From: an uncultured Candidatus Saccharibacteria bacterium
GTDB lineage: Bacteria > Patescibacteriota > CALEFQ01
Direction of reading: 5' to 3'
DNA length: 64,000 bases
Assembly (NCBI GenBank): GCA_965230955.1
Contig: OZ246404.1
Coordinates: 353,184-417,183 of the forward strand
A model generated the notes under the pieces. The model did no database searches. It saw only the letters and a list, made by a program, of their open reading frames with translations, and was not told the origin of the DNA. Positions 17,832 through 27,682 of this stretch are shown in pieces. The number at the start of each line of letters is the position of its first letter. Position 1 is the first letter of the stretch. Position numbers and translations under genes: made by a program.

Positions 17832-19244
17832 ATGATTTCCAAAAAAGTTCAGCCCGCCTTGACTCCCAAAGATGATTCCGGTCACGCCAGCGCTTATAGC
17901 ACCAAGTATGCCGATCAGCCGATTCCCAAATACGAACTGCCGGCGAAAGGCATGCCGGCCAATATGGCTTACCAGCTGATTCACGATGAACTAAAGCTCG
18001 ACGGCGATCCGACGCAGAATCTTTCCAGTTTTTGCACCACTTGGATGGAATCGGAGGCAAAAAAGCTCATCCAGGAAAACGAAAATAAAAATTTTATCGA
18101 CCATGACCAGTACCCCCAGACGGAAGTGATTCACGAACGAATGGTCAATATGCTGGCACGGCTGTTTCATTCGCCGGAGAGTGCGCAGACCATCGGCACG
18201 GCGACGATTGGCTCGTCCGAAGCGATCATGCTGGGACTGCTGGCGCATAAATGGAATTGGAAAAAGAAAAGGGAAAAAGCCGGTTTGCCCGCGGACAAGC
18301 CGAATATTGTTTTTGGTGCCGATGTCCATGTTTGCTGGGACAAGTTTGCCCGGTATTTTGACGTGGAGATGCGCGTGATCCCGATGGAGCCGAATCGCTA
18401 TATCATCAGCGTGGAAGAAGTCGCGAAACTGATTGATGAAAATACTATCTGTGTCGGGGCGATTCTGGGAACCACTTTTACCGGCCAGGCGGATCCGATC
18501 GAAGAAATAAACGATTATCTTTTGAAAGTGAAGAAAGAAAAAGGCTGGGATATACCGATTCATGTCGACGGCGCCAGTGGCGGGATGATCGCGCCTTTTG
18601 CTTATCCGGATCTCAAATGGGATTTTCGCCTGGAACAAGTCCGCTCGATCAATGTCTCCGGCCATAAGTACGGACTAGTCTACCCGGGTCTGGGCTGGCT
18701 CATTTTCCGGGAATCGGCCGATTTGCCGGAGGAACTTATTTTCAAAGTAAATTATTTGGGCGGCGAGATGCCGACTTTTACCCTAAATTTTTCCCGCGGA
18801 GCCTCGATGATTTTGGCGCAGTACTATGTGTTTTTGCGCCTGGGATTCGAGGGGTACAAAAAAATCATGGCCAACACGATTGACAATGCCAAGTACGTAT
18901 CGGACGAGTTGGTCAAAACGGGACGGTTTGTGATGCTTAATCCCACGCAGATGCTTCCCATTGTCGCGGTCAAACTGAAAGATACCAAAAATTTTTCGGT
19001 TTTCGACTTGTCCTGCAAACTGCGAGAACGCGGCTGGATCATCTCGGCTTACACCCTGCCGCCGAATGCCCAAGCAACTGCTATTTTACGGATGGTGGTG
19101 CGGGAAAATTTCACGCGCGACATGTCTGATATTTTGGTGGGCGATATAAAAAAGGCGGTAGAAGTGCTTGATCAGCAAAAGCCGCGCGGAGTCAATGATC
19201 CGAAACCGACGCCTTTGCATCATAGGAAGCATCGGATTTGTTAA
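17832..19244 (+). CDS. gadB: Glutamate decarboxylase
   Basis: [52 protein letters not shown] (PLP Lys), LNFSR. Confidence 0.95.
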   Translation: MISKKVQPALTPKDDSGHASAYSTKYADQPIPKYELPAKGMPANMAYQLIHDELKLDGDPTQNLSSFCTTWMESEAKKLIQENENKNFIDHDQYPQTEVIHERMVNMLARLFHSPESAQTIGTATIGSSEAIMLGLLAHKWNWKKKREKAGLPADKPNIVFGADVHVCWDKFARYFDVEMRVIPMEPNRYIISVEEVAKLIDENTICVGAILGTTFTGQADPIEEINDYLLKVKKEKGWDIPIHVDGASGGMIAPFAYPDLKWDFRLEQVRSINVSGHKYGLVYPGLGWLIFRESADLPEELIFKVNYLGGEMPTFTLNFSRGASMILAQYYVFLRLGFEGYKKIMANTIDNAKYVSDELVKTGRFVMLNPTQMLPIVAVKLKDTKNFSVFDLSCKLRERGWIISAYTLPPNAQATAILRMVVRENFTRDMSDILVGDIKKAVEVLDQQKPRGVNDPKPTPLHHRKHRIC

Positions 19245-19282
19245 TAAGTCAAAAGTCAAAAAATTTCCATAAGGATTATCTT

Positions 19283-20899
19283 ATGAAAAAAACTATTGCT
19301 GTCATTGTTGGTATCTTGCTTTTCCCGTTGGGGCTAGTTTCGATCCCGTCGGTTCAAGCAGCGAATACTCCGGCAAAGATTTTTGATTTAGCAAACTTGA
19401 AGACAGCCAAAGAATTTTCACCTTATGGCGCGAATTACGGCAAGGGTGCGAGTGGCGCGATTGGTGATGTCAATGGCGACGGCGTCGACGAAATCGTGAC
19501 TATCTCCGGGGCATCAACCCGCGGGCACCTGCGGGTTTTTGACTTGAACGGCAATCCGCTATCCTGGAATGTTTTCCCGTTTGAAAAAGTTTATACCGGC
19601 GGCGGAAAAGTGGCGGTGGGAGATACCGATGCCGACGGAACCAAAGAAATCATCGTTGTTCCTGCCGGCGCTCGCTTTCCGGAAGTATTTGTTTTTAAAT
19701 ACGGTCAAAACGCGCCGATAAAAAAATACTCGGTTTTCCAGTCTACTTTCCGTGGCGGCCTGTCTGTCGCCAGCGGTGATATTGATTATGACGGCAAAGA
19801 TGAAGTGATTGTGGCTACCGCCAGCCAAGGCGGAAATGTGGCGGTTTATGGCGGTGACGGCAAATTTTGGGGATTATCCGTCTTTCCTTTTGGTTCGGGA
19901 TATAAAGGCGGTCTTTCGGTTGCCTACGGAGCTTTTCGGGAAAGTCAGCCCGGTTTGGCGGTCGGCACTCTCTCTGGCGCGAACGGCCGGGTCAAAGTAA
20001 TTTCGGCCGAGAAAAATTTCAAAGTTTGGGGTGATTTTTTCCCTTTCGGTAAAACTTTCAAAAGCGGGACAAATGTGGCCGCGGCCGACGTCAATAAAGA
20101 CGGAATTGATGAAGTCGTGACGGCGGTGGCAGCGGCGGGAGCGCCGCAAGTGGTGGCTTATAGCGCCACGGGCAAAATTCAAAATGCCGTAAATTTCTTT
20201 CCTTTTGATAAAAGTGAAAAAGGCGGAGTCAATTTGGCCGCCAGTAGCAAAAAATTGGCAGTCTGGCCGGCGAAAATAATCCCGGCGACGGATTATGATT
20301 TTTGCCGCACCCATCGTTGTGTAGCGCTGACTTTTGACGACGGCGGTTCGCGGGGCGGTTCGCTCGAAAATATTTTGGCGGCGCTGGACAAGCATAATGT
20401 TAAGGCGACATTTTTTCTGATTGGTCGCTGGATGGATGCCAATCGCGGCACGGTGGCTGATATTTCCAGCCGCGGCCATCGACTGGGCAATCATACTTGG
20501 AATCATTCCATTTGTACCCGTATTCCGGCCGAGCAAATTCGGAGCGAATTGCAAAAAGCCGATTCCTTGGTCTCGATGATTACCGGCAAACCGACTAAGC
20601 CCAATTTCCGTTATCCGGGCGGCGGCCATAATGCCGGTACTGATGCGGTGGTGATGGGCGAGGGCTATCATTACTGGCAGTGGACCGCCGATACCCGCGA
20701 TGCGATGGGGAATCACGATCCGGCTTCGATCCGCAATATCGCTTTAAGTGGACTCCGTCCGGGGTCTGTGATATTATTTCATACGGGAAATGCGGCCACC
20801 GGAGCGGCTATGGATGGCATCATCAGCGCCATCAAAAACCAGGGTTATGAGATTGTGACGCTTGATCAGCTGGAATGGCAGAGGGGGAATCAGTGGTAA
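19283..20899 (+). CDS. Secreted FG-GAP/VCBS-repeat protein with C-terminal NodB polysaccharide deacetylase
   Basis: Signal peptide; GD(V/I)xGDGxDE repeats; VALTFDDG, ATFF, GNHTWNH, FRYPGG, VILFH. Confidence 0.88.
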   Translation: MKKTIAVIVGILLFPLGLVSIPSVQAANTPAKIFDLANLKTAKEFSPYGANYGKGASGAIGDVNGDGVDEIVTISGASTRGHLRVFDLNGNPLSWNVFPFEKVYTGGGKVAVGDTDADGTKEIIVVPAGARFPEVFVFKYGQNAPIKKYSVFQSTFRGGLSVASGDIDYDGKDEVIVATASQGGNVAVYGGDGKFWGLSVFPFGSGYKGGLSVAYGAFRESQPGLAVGTLSGANGRVKVISAEKNFKVWGDFFPFGKTFKSGTNVAAADVNKDGIDEVVTAVAAAGAPQVVAYSATGKIQNAVNFFPFDKSEKGGVNLAASSKKLAVWPAKIIPATDYDFCRTHRCVALTFDDGGSRGGSLENILAALDKHNVKATFFLIGRWMDANRGTVADISSRGHRLGNHTWNHSICTRIPAEQIRSELQKADSLVSMITGKPTKPNFRYPGGGHNAGTDAVVMGEGYHYWQWTADTRDAMGNHDPASIRNIALSGLRPGSVILFHTGNAATGAAMDGIISAIKNQGYEIVTLDQLEWQRGNQW

Positions 20900-20900
20900 A

Positions 20901-20939
20901 AAGATATTAAGACGTTAAGATATTAAGAATATTAAGACA
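20901..20939. repeat. TTAAGA(N2-3) tandem array
   Basis: aagata ttaagacg ttaagata ttaagaata ttaagaca. Confidence 0.7.
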
Positions 20940-20981
20940 TCCAAAAAGATCTGGTTAGATCTAGATTTTAAAAATATTTAT

Positions 20982-22406
20982 ATGAAAAAAGGAACTTTTT
21001 TATGGGTTGTGGGGATGGCTATTGCCGGGGTTGGTTTATTGGCCGGTAGCGCTCAGGCGGCCAATACCATGGCGCCGGAAGTAAAAGTTTTTAATGACAA
21101 CATGTCCAGTGTCGAAAAATCCTTTTTAGCTTGGCCGGTCAGCAATCAAAACGGCTGCAGTGTGGCCGTCGGAGATATAGACGGCAACGGTTACGGTGAA
21201 ATTATTGTCGGCGCCGGCAAAGGATCCGGGCCGCAGATCAGAATTTTTTCTAAAAACGGCGTCAATCAAGGTTTGGACTTTTTCGCCTTTGCGAATGATT
21301 TTCGCGGGGGAGTATCGGTGGCGACGGGAGATGTTGATGGTGACGGCAAAGAAGAAATAATTGTCGGTCAGCGCTCAGCCGGTCAGGCGCGGGTGAAAAT
21401 TTATCGCGCTAATAAACAACATTCGATAGTGGCCGAGTGGCTGGCTTATTCCGGCAATTTCCAGGGCGGTGTCACGGTCACGGCGGGTGATTTTAACGGT
21501 GACGGCAAGGACGAGATCGCCACGGCTCCGGGAACGAGCGGCGGAGCCCAAATTAAGTTTTTTGACGGCAAAGGGAAGCCAATGGGCAAGTCATTTTTCG
21601 CTTTTGATCCAGGAGAAAAAGGCGGTGCCACTCTGGCGGCCGCTGACGTTGACGGCGACGGATCCGATGAGTTGGCCGTGGGTCATGGTCCTTTCGGAGA
21701 TCCAAGAGTCAAGCTTTATCGAATTGTCGGAAATAGCGAATTTGTCTTGGCTGATTGGCGCGCTTATGACGCCGGTTTTCGCGGTGGAGTAAAAGTGGCG
21801 GCGGGCGATTTTGACAACAACGGCAAAGAAGAAATTTTGACAGCGGCCGGCTTTGGCGGCGGACCGCAAGTGCGGGGCTGGACAGCTTCCGGGAAACTGT
21901 ATAAAATCAACCGAATGGCCTATGCGGCCGATTTCCGCGGCAGTTTAAATCTGGCGTCCGGCGACATTGATCGCGACGGAAAATTGGAAATCGTTACTGT
22001 TCCCGATCGACGCCTGGGTGAAGGCCGACTGGATTATTTCCGTTATATCGATGTCAGTTTGGGTGAACAGCGCCTGCGGGCATTTGAGAACGGTGAATTG
22101 GTCCGAACATATTTGGTTTCTACCGGCACGGCTAAACATCCGACCCCGACCGGAACTTTCCATATCCAGGGACACACTCTATCTACCAGAATGGCTTGGG
22201 TATACGGTCCCGATAATCCGGATAACTACGATTTGCCCAATGTTCCTCATGTCATGCCCATTAGCGGTCCGATTACGATTCACGGCGCTTATTGGCACCA
22301 TAATTTCGGTCACGTGATGAGCCACGGGTGTATCAATGAACCTTTGGATCAAGCTGCCTGGTTATACTCCTGGGCGCGCAATGGAGATACGGTAATAGTA
22401 CATTAA
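20982..22406 (+). CDS. Secreted FG-GAP/VCBS-repeat protein with C-terminal L,D-transpeptidase (YkuD)
   Basis: Signal peptide; six GDxDGDGKxE-type repeats; VSTG...TPTG, IHGAYWH, SHGCIN. Confidence 0.9.
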   Translation: MKKGTFLWVVGMAIAGVGLLAGSAQAANTMAPEVKVFNDNMSSVEKSFLAWPVSNQNGCSVAVGDIDGNGYGEIIVGAGKGSGPQIRIFSKNGVNQGLDFFAFANDFRGGVSVATGDVDGDGKEEIIVGQRSAGQARVKIYRANKQHSIVAEWLAYSGNFQGGVTVTAGDFNGDGKDEIATAPGTSGGAQIKFFDGKGKPMGKSFFAFDPGEKGGATLAAADVDGDGSDELAVGHGPFGDPRVKLYRIVGNSEFVLADWRAYDAGFRGGVKVAAGDFDNNGKEEILTAAGFGGGPQVRGWTASGKLYKINRMAYAADFRGSLNLASGDIDRDGKLEIVTVPDRRLGEGRLDYFRYIDVSLGEQRLRAFENGELVRTYLVSTGTAKHPTPTGTFHIQGHTLSTRMAWVYGPDNPDNYDLPNVPHVMPISGPITIHGAYWHHNFGHVMSHGCINEPLDQAAWLYSWARNGDTVIVH

Positions 22407-22494
22407 GTAACAAGGAACAGGTAACAGATAACAAAGAGGAAAATTTCTTTTCCCGGTTGTTATTTTGTTACTTGTTACTTGTTAACTGTTACTT
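22404..22494. repeat. Inverted heptamer array overlapping stop codon
   Basis: taagtaa caaggaa caggtaa cagataa ... ttgttat t ttgttac ttgttac ttgttaa ctgttac. Confidence 0.85.
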
Positions 22495-22500
22495 ATTTTT

Positions 22501-24123
22501 ATGTCTTCTCGACGCCGACTTTTTACTACCCTTATCATGATCGCCATTGTCGTGGCGCTGTGTTTGATTGTGGATTTGCCGCGCGGGCCGGATTTTGATT
22601 GGTCAAAATTAGGGATGAAGGCCAAAGAAGGCGAAACCGAAGAAAGTTTAAAAGTTCCGATAAAAGTTCATTTGGGTCTGGATCTCCAGGGCGGCAGCCA
22701 GTTGATTTATCAGGCGGATTTGGGAAATGTTAAAACTGAGGATCGGGCCGAAGCGATGGCGGGTGTGCGCGATGTGATCGAACGCCGGGTAAACCTTTTT
22801 GGTGTTTCCGAGCCTATTATTCAGGTTTCCGGCCAAGATCGCTTGATCGTGGAATTGGCCGGTATTAAGGATATAGACCAGGCGATTGCCGCTATCGGCG
22901 AAACGCCCACGCTGGAATTTATGGAAGAAGCCGAAGAGGCTTCGGGGGTTCAGCTGGATACGTCAGCCGAAGGGGTGACGGTGGAAAGCCAGCCGGCCGA
23001 GAATCAGGCCGAACGTTCTACGGAAACTCCGCGTGCTTCTATCCGACGCTTGGCGGCGGAAACGACTGCCACCGGCGACACAAATACCGATCAACCGGCG
23101 GCGGTTCCCGAAGAGGCCTTGCCGGAATTAACTCCCGAAGAATTAGAGCAAATAAAAAGCCAATTACAAGACAGCGAAGGGAATCCGATAGACTTGAGCG
23201 CTTTGCAACAGCCGCAGTTCAACCCGACGGGATTGAGCGGTAAAAATTTAACTCGCGCCACAGTGGTTTTTCAGCAGCAAGGAGTCGGGTCTCCGCAGGT
23301 TTCTCTGGAATTTGACGATGAGGGGCGGAAACTTTTTGCCGAAATTACCGAACGCAGCGTCGGCAAGCGCGTAGCTATTATGATCGACGGCGTGATTATC
23401 AGCGCGCCGGTGGTGCAGGAAAAGATTACCGAGGGCAATGCGGTCATTACCGGAAATTTCACGGTTGATGAAGCCAAAGAATTAGCGCGTAATTTAAATC
23501 AAGGCGCCCTCCCGGTGCCGATCAATCTGGTCAGCCGGCAAACAGTCGGTGCCACTCTGGGTCAGGAATCCGTACAAAAGAGTCTCGTGGCCGGGATTAT
23601 CGGTTTGATTGCCGTCGCCGTTTTCATGATCGGTTTTTATCGTTTCCCTGGATTGCTCGCGACCGCTTCACTGCTGATTTATGCCGTTATCGCTCTGGCG
23701 ATTTTTAAGCTGATACCGGTGACCTTGACGCTGGCGGGCGTGGCCGGTTTTATTATGTCAATCGGTATGGCCGTCGATGCCAACGTGCTGATTTTTGAAC
23801 GTTTGCGAGAAGAATTGCGCGAAGGCAAGGATTTGAGCCTGGCGATTGAAAATGGTTTTCGGGGAGCCTGGAGCTCGATTCGCGATTCGAATATTTCCTC
23901 GATCATTACTTGTATCATCCTTTATGCTTTTGGCAGCAGCTTAGTCAAAGGTTTTGCCTTGACGCTGGGTATCGGCGTGGTGGTCAGTATGTTCACGGCT
24001 ATTACGGTGACCAGAACTTTCCTGAGATTATCCAGCACAAAATTGTCCCAGAAGCACTTAAGCTGGTTTGATTTCCCCAAGCGTCTGCCCCAATCTACTC
24101 CGGCCAAAGCCGTCAAAGATTAA
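22501..24123 (+). CDS. secD: Protein translocase subunit SecD
   Basis: LGLDLQGG, IERRVN.FGVSEP, GALPVP, GMAVDANVLIFER, VKGFA. Confidence 0.97.
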   Translation: MSSRRRLFTTLIMIAIVVALCLIVDLPRGPDFDWSKLGMKAKEGETEESLKVPIKVHLGLDLQGGSQLIYQADLGNVKTEDRAEAMAGVRDVIERRVNLFGVSEPIIQVSGQDRLIVELAGIKDIDQAIAAIGETPTLEFMEEAEEASGVQLDTSAEGVTVESQPAENQAERSTETPRASIRRLAAETTATGDTNTDQPAAVPEEALPELTPEELEQIKSQLQDSEGNPIDLSALQQPQFNPTGLSGKNLTRATVVFQQQGVGSPQVSLEFDDEGRKLFAEITERSVGKRVAIMIDGVIISAPVVQEKITEGNAVITGNFTVDEAKELARNLNQGALPVPINLVSRQTVGATLGQESVQKSLVAGIIGLIAVAVFMIGFYRFPGLLATASLLIYAVIALAIFKLIPVTLTLAGVAGFIMSIGMAVDANVLIFERLREELREGKDLSLAIENGFRGAWSSIRDSNISSIITCIILYAFGSSLVKGFALTLGIGVVVSMFTAITVTRTFLRLSSTKLSQKHLSWFDFPKRLPQSTPAKAVKD

Positions 24124-24130
24124 ATATCAT

Positions 24131-25015
24131 ATGCTCGCGATCATCAAATACGGTAAAATCTGGATCCTCATTCCCGCTATTCTGGCGGTGACTGGTTTGG
24201 TTTTGTTTTTGGTTTTTGGCTTGAAACCCGGTATTGATTTCACCGGCGGCAGTATGGTGCAGGTCCAATTCGAACAAGCCCCAACTCTGCAACAGGCTCA
24301 AGATGGATTGAAAGATACGGCTTTCGCCGAATCCGTAATCCAAGTTTCGGGGGAGAATCAACTGATTGTGCGCACCAAAGAAATCAATGATGAACAAAAA
24401 AACGATCTTTTGAAAATTTTGCAGGAAAAATTCGGCTCATTGGAAGAGCAGCGTTTTGATACCATTGGTCCGACTATTGGCGGAGAATTGCGCCAAAAAG
24501 CGATCCTGTCGGTTATTTTGGTGATGCTTGGCATTATCCTTTATCTGGCTTATGCCTTCCGTAAAATTTCCGGTCCGGTGTCCTCCTGGAAATTCGGTGC
24601 TTGCGCGGTAATTGCATTGGTCCATGACGTTTTGATTCTGGTCGGGGTTTTTGTCCTGCTGGGAATTTTCAGCGGAGTGGAAATCGATACACTGTTTGTC
24701 GTAGCTCTCTTGACCGTTATCGGTTATTCCGTCCACGATACCATTGTCGTTTTTGACCGGATCAGGGCAATTCTCCTGAAAGAAAGTGTCTCCTTTGAAG
24801 AAGCGGCCGATCGAGGCATTCGCAACACCATGACACGATCCATAAATACTTCTCTGACCACTTTATTTGTTTTGATTGCCATTTTCCTCTTTGGCGGCGA
24901 ATCGATTCATTATTTTATCCTGGCATTGATCGTCGGCATAGCGGTAGGGACATATTCGTCAATATTTGTGGCGACTCCGGCCCTGGTTTTGTGGCAACGA
25001 GCGTCGAAAAAATAG
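24131..25015 (+). CDS. secF: Protein translocase subunit SecF
   Basis: GIDFTGG, IGPTIG.EL, ALVHD, GYSVHDTIVVFDRIR, GTYSSIFVA. Confidence 0.97.
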   Translation: MLAIIKYGKIWILIPAILAVTGLVLFLVFGLKPGIDFTGGSMVQVQFEQAPTLQQAQDGLKDTAFAESVIQVSGENQLIVRTKEINDEQKNDLLKILQEKFGSLEEQRFDTIGPTIGGELRQKAILSVILVMLGIILYLAYAFRKISGPVSSWKFGACAVIALVHDVLILVGVFVLLGIFSGVEIDTLFVVALLTVIGYSVHDTIVVFDRIRAILLKESVSFEEAADRGIRNTMTRSINTSLTTLFVLIAIFLFGGESIHYFILALIVGIAVGTYSSIFVATPALVLWQRASKK

Positions 25016-25038
25016 CGCGACCAACAAATTTGAGAAAT

Positions 25039-25067
25039 AAAAAATATCGAGCTTGCTCGATATTTTT
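25039..25067. terminator. Intrinsic terminator after secF
   Basis: aaaaatatcgagc tt gctcgatattttt palindrome. Confidence 0.8.
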
Positions 25068-25078
25068 GTTGTCCGGCC

Positions 25079-25107
25079 TTGACTATTACCAGCCCTTGTG
25101 ATATATT
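25079..25107 (+). promoter_or_regulatory. sigma70-type promoter
   Basis: TTGACT-17 nt-TATATT. Confidence 0.6.
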
Positions 25108-25188
25108 CTCTTTGCTGGAGTGCGAACCCCGGTACCTATATTTTGTAGGTCTATATTTGTCTTAAATAAGCTATTTTATTATAAAAAC

Positions 25189-26295
25189 ATGGATACCCAG
25201 AAGTCAATTCTTGATGAAGTGTTATCTTCGCAAGACGAACAATTACTACAAAATTTTGATCCGTTAGCGTCTGTTATGGCGCTACTTAAGACCGTGGATA
25301 ATCGCGGAGCGGATATTATTATCAAACGTTACAGCTTGGATGGCAAGCCGTCTCGTACTTTGGAAGAGATCGGCCAGTCATATCAGGTCACGCGCGAGCG
25401 GGTGCGTCAAATTGAATCCGCGACCATTGCCGAACTGCAAAAAAAGCAAGCCGATTTGGAAGACATGGTTCGGGTGATTTTGTCTATGTTGCAGATGTAT
25501 GGCCAGGTGATGGAAGAAAATCATTTGCTCGATTCCTTGCTGGCGGAACGGGAAAAGCGCGAAGCGGATCGCAGTGCCACCTTGTTTGTTTTGGATTTAA
25601 GCGATCATTTTAAGCATTTTCCGGAAACGACGGAAACAAACAAAGCTTGGGGCACATCGGAGGCGACGCTGGAAGTTCCCAAAAAATTAGTGGAAGCTTT
25701 TGTCGAAATTTTAAACAATCAGAAACAGCCTATTCCTCATGATCAAGTTGCGGCGCATTTGGTCAAGCATCCGCTGTATCAAAAGCATGCCGCCGGCTTG
25801 CCGGAATCGGCTATTACCGCTCATTTAGCCGTCAGCAAAAAAGTTCGGCGCAATCCCTTCAATGAGTGGGGCATGACCAATTGGTCCCAAATCGCGCCCA
25901 AAGGGGTGAAAGACAAGGCCTACGTTGTTTTGCACAAGGCCGGAAAGCCCCTTCATTTTGTTGATATTGCTAAAAGTATTGATGATACCGGTTTTGATCG
26001 CAAAAAAGCTCATCCCCAAACGGTGCACAATGAATTGATCAAAGATAAGCGGTTTGTCCTGGTGGGGCGAGGTATTTATGCCTTGGGTGAATGGGGTTAT
26101 GAACCCGGTACGGTAGCGGATGTTTTGGAAAAAATCATTCGCAAAGCGGGGAAACCGCTGGATCGCGATAGCTTGATCGAGGCGGTGGAAAAACAGCGCA
26201 TTGTCAAAAAAAATACCGTTTTGCTAGGTTTACAAAACAAAGATCGCTTTGTGAAGCTTCCTGATGGCCGTTTTTCGGTCGTTGACAAAAAGTAG
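25189..26295 (+). CDS. Sigma70 region-4 HTH + HARE-HTH domain protein
   Basis: TLEEIGQSYQVTRERVRQIE; PLHF..IA, TVHNELIKDKRFVLVGRGIYAL.EWGY. Confidence 0.85.
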   Translation: MDTQKSILDEVLSSQDEQLLQNFDPLASVMALLKTVDNRGADIIIKRYSLDGKPSRTLEEIGQSYQVTRERVRQIESATIAELQKKQADLEDMVRVILSMLQMYGQVMEENHLLDSLLAEREKREADRSATLFVLDLSDHFKHFPETTETNKAWGTSEATLEVPKKLVEAFVEILNNQKQPIPHDQVAAHLVKHPLYQKHAAGLPESAITAHLAVSKKVRRNPFNEWGMTNWSQIAPKGVKDKAYVVLHKAGKPLHFVDIAKSIDDTGFDRKKAHPQTVHNELIKDKRFVLVGRGIYALGEWGYEPGTVADVLEKIIRKAGKPLDRDSLIEAVEKQRIVKKNTVLLGLQNKDRFVKLPDGRFSVVDKK

Positions 26296-26344
26296 CTCCT
26301 TGGCGCTGTTTTTGGTATAATTAGCGGATAGGTCAAACAAAAAC

Positions 26345-27655
26345 ATGCTCAATATTTTTGGTATACTAAAAACTAGTTTCATCGAAACATTCACGACCGG
26401 ACCGTTTGTTTATATTTGGTTTGTTTTAGGAAAAACGTGGTGGTTATTTACCCCACTTTTTTTATTGACGGCGGCTTGGTGGTATTGGAAAGATTATATC
26501 CAGACGAAATATGTTATCGGTCTTGATTTTCGTTGCTTGTCGGTAACTGTTCCGAAAGAAGAAGAAGCCACTTCGACTCCCAAAGCTATGGAGCAGATCT
26601 TCGCCGCCGCCGCCGGCATGATGCATGGCATCAATATGGTGGAGCGGTACTGGAATGGTAATATTCAGGAATTTTTCAGCGCCGAATTGGTGGGTATCAG
26701 CGGCCATATCCGCTTCATTTTTCGGGTGCCGGCCAAGTGGCGCGATATGTTTGAGGCCAATATCTATGCCCAGTATCCCGACGCCGAAATCGTGGAAGTG
26801 GAAGATTATACGAAGCTTATTCCTAATGATTTTTTGGAAAAAGGATTCAAAGCTTGGGGATCGGAATTAAAACTGACGAAGGAAGACGCCTATCCGATCC
26901 GAACTTATCCCGAATTCGAAGAGCGTATTACTCAGGCCGTGCACGATCCGATGGCTTCGATCACGGAATTACTGAGCCGTTTCGGCCCGGGCGAACAGTT
27001 GTGGCTACAGTGGGTCTGCCGTCCGGTTTTAGGCAAAGACCACGGTTGGGTGGCCGAAGGCGAAAAATTGAAAAAGAAATTAGTCGATCAATTACCGCCT
27101 CCGCAGCAATCGGCCATACTTTCAGCTATGGGCATGCCGGCGAATATGGTCGGAAATGTTTTGGATCAGGCCATGGGGTACGAAGTCGGGGATGCTCAGC
27201 CGGAAAAGAAGGGCATGCCGTTGCTTACCCCGGATCTTTATAATGCTTTGACCGCCTTGGATCGCAGTCTAAGCAAACAGGGATTTGAAGTGAAAGGCCG
27301 GTTGTTTTATGTCGCCAAAAAAGATACTTTTTTAGTTCAGCGCGGTACAACTGGTTTCTTTGGCTATATGCAACAATTCAATACTCAAAACCTCAATGGT
27401 TTTATGCCGGACGGTCGAACCAAAACCAAAGTAGATTATTTCATGCGCGAATACCGCGAATACTGGCGCAAGCGAAGGATGCTTGATATGTGCCAGACGC
27501 GCAGTATGTGGAAAGGCGGTAAGCCGTTTATTCTCAATACCGAAGAATTGGCGACGGTTTTCCATTTCCCTTTGCCTTGGGCCAAGTCCAAGAAAATCGA
27601 ACATGTCGAGGCCAAGAAAGCCGGCCCGCCGCGCGATTTGCCGATTGCCATTTAA
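26345..27655 (+). CDS. Conserved membrane-anchored protein, partner of downstream ATPase
   Basis: N-terminal TM; PKAMEQIF, FSAEL, IYAQYPDAEI.EVEDY, YPIRTY, LNTEELATVFHFP. Confidence 0.75.
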   Translation: MLNIFGILKTSFIETFTTGPFVYIWFVLGKTWWLFTPLFLLTAAWWYWKDYIQTKYVIGLDFRCLSVTVPKEEEATSTPKAMEQIFAAAAGMMHGINMVERYWNGNIQEFFSAELVGISGHIRFIFRVPAKWRDMFEANIYAQYPDAEIVEVEDYTKLIPNDFLEKGFKAWGSELKLTKEDAYPIRTYPEFEERITQAVHDPMASITELLSRFGPGEQLWLQWVCRPVLGKDHGWVAEGEKLKKKLVDQLPPPQQSAILSAMGMPANMVGNVLDQAMGYEVGDAQPEKKGMPLLTPDLYNALTALDRSLSKQGFEVKGRLFYVAKKDTFLVQRGTTGFFGYMQQFNTQNLNGFMPDGRTKTKVDYFMREYREYWRKRRMLDMCQTRSMWKGGKPFILNTEELATVFHFPLPWAKSKKIEHVEAKKAGPPRDLPIAI

Positions 27656-27682
27656 ATTTGTTTGTTATTTATCAAGCCCACT

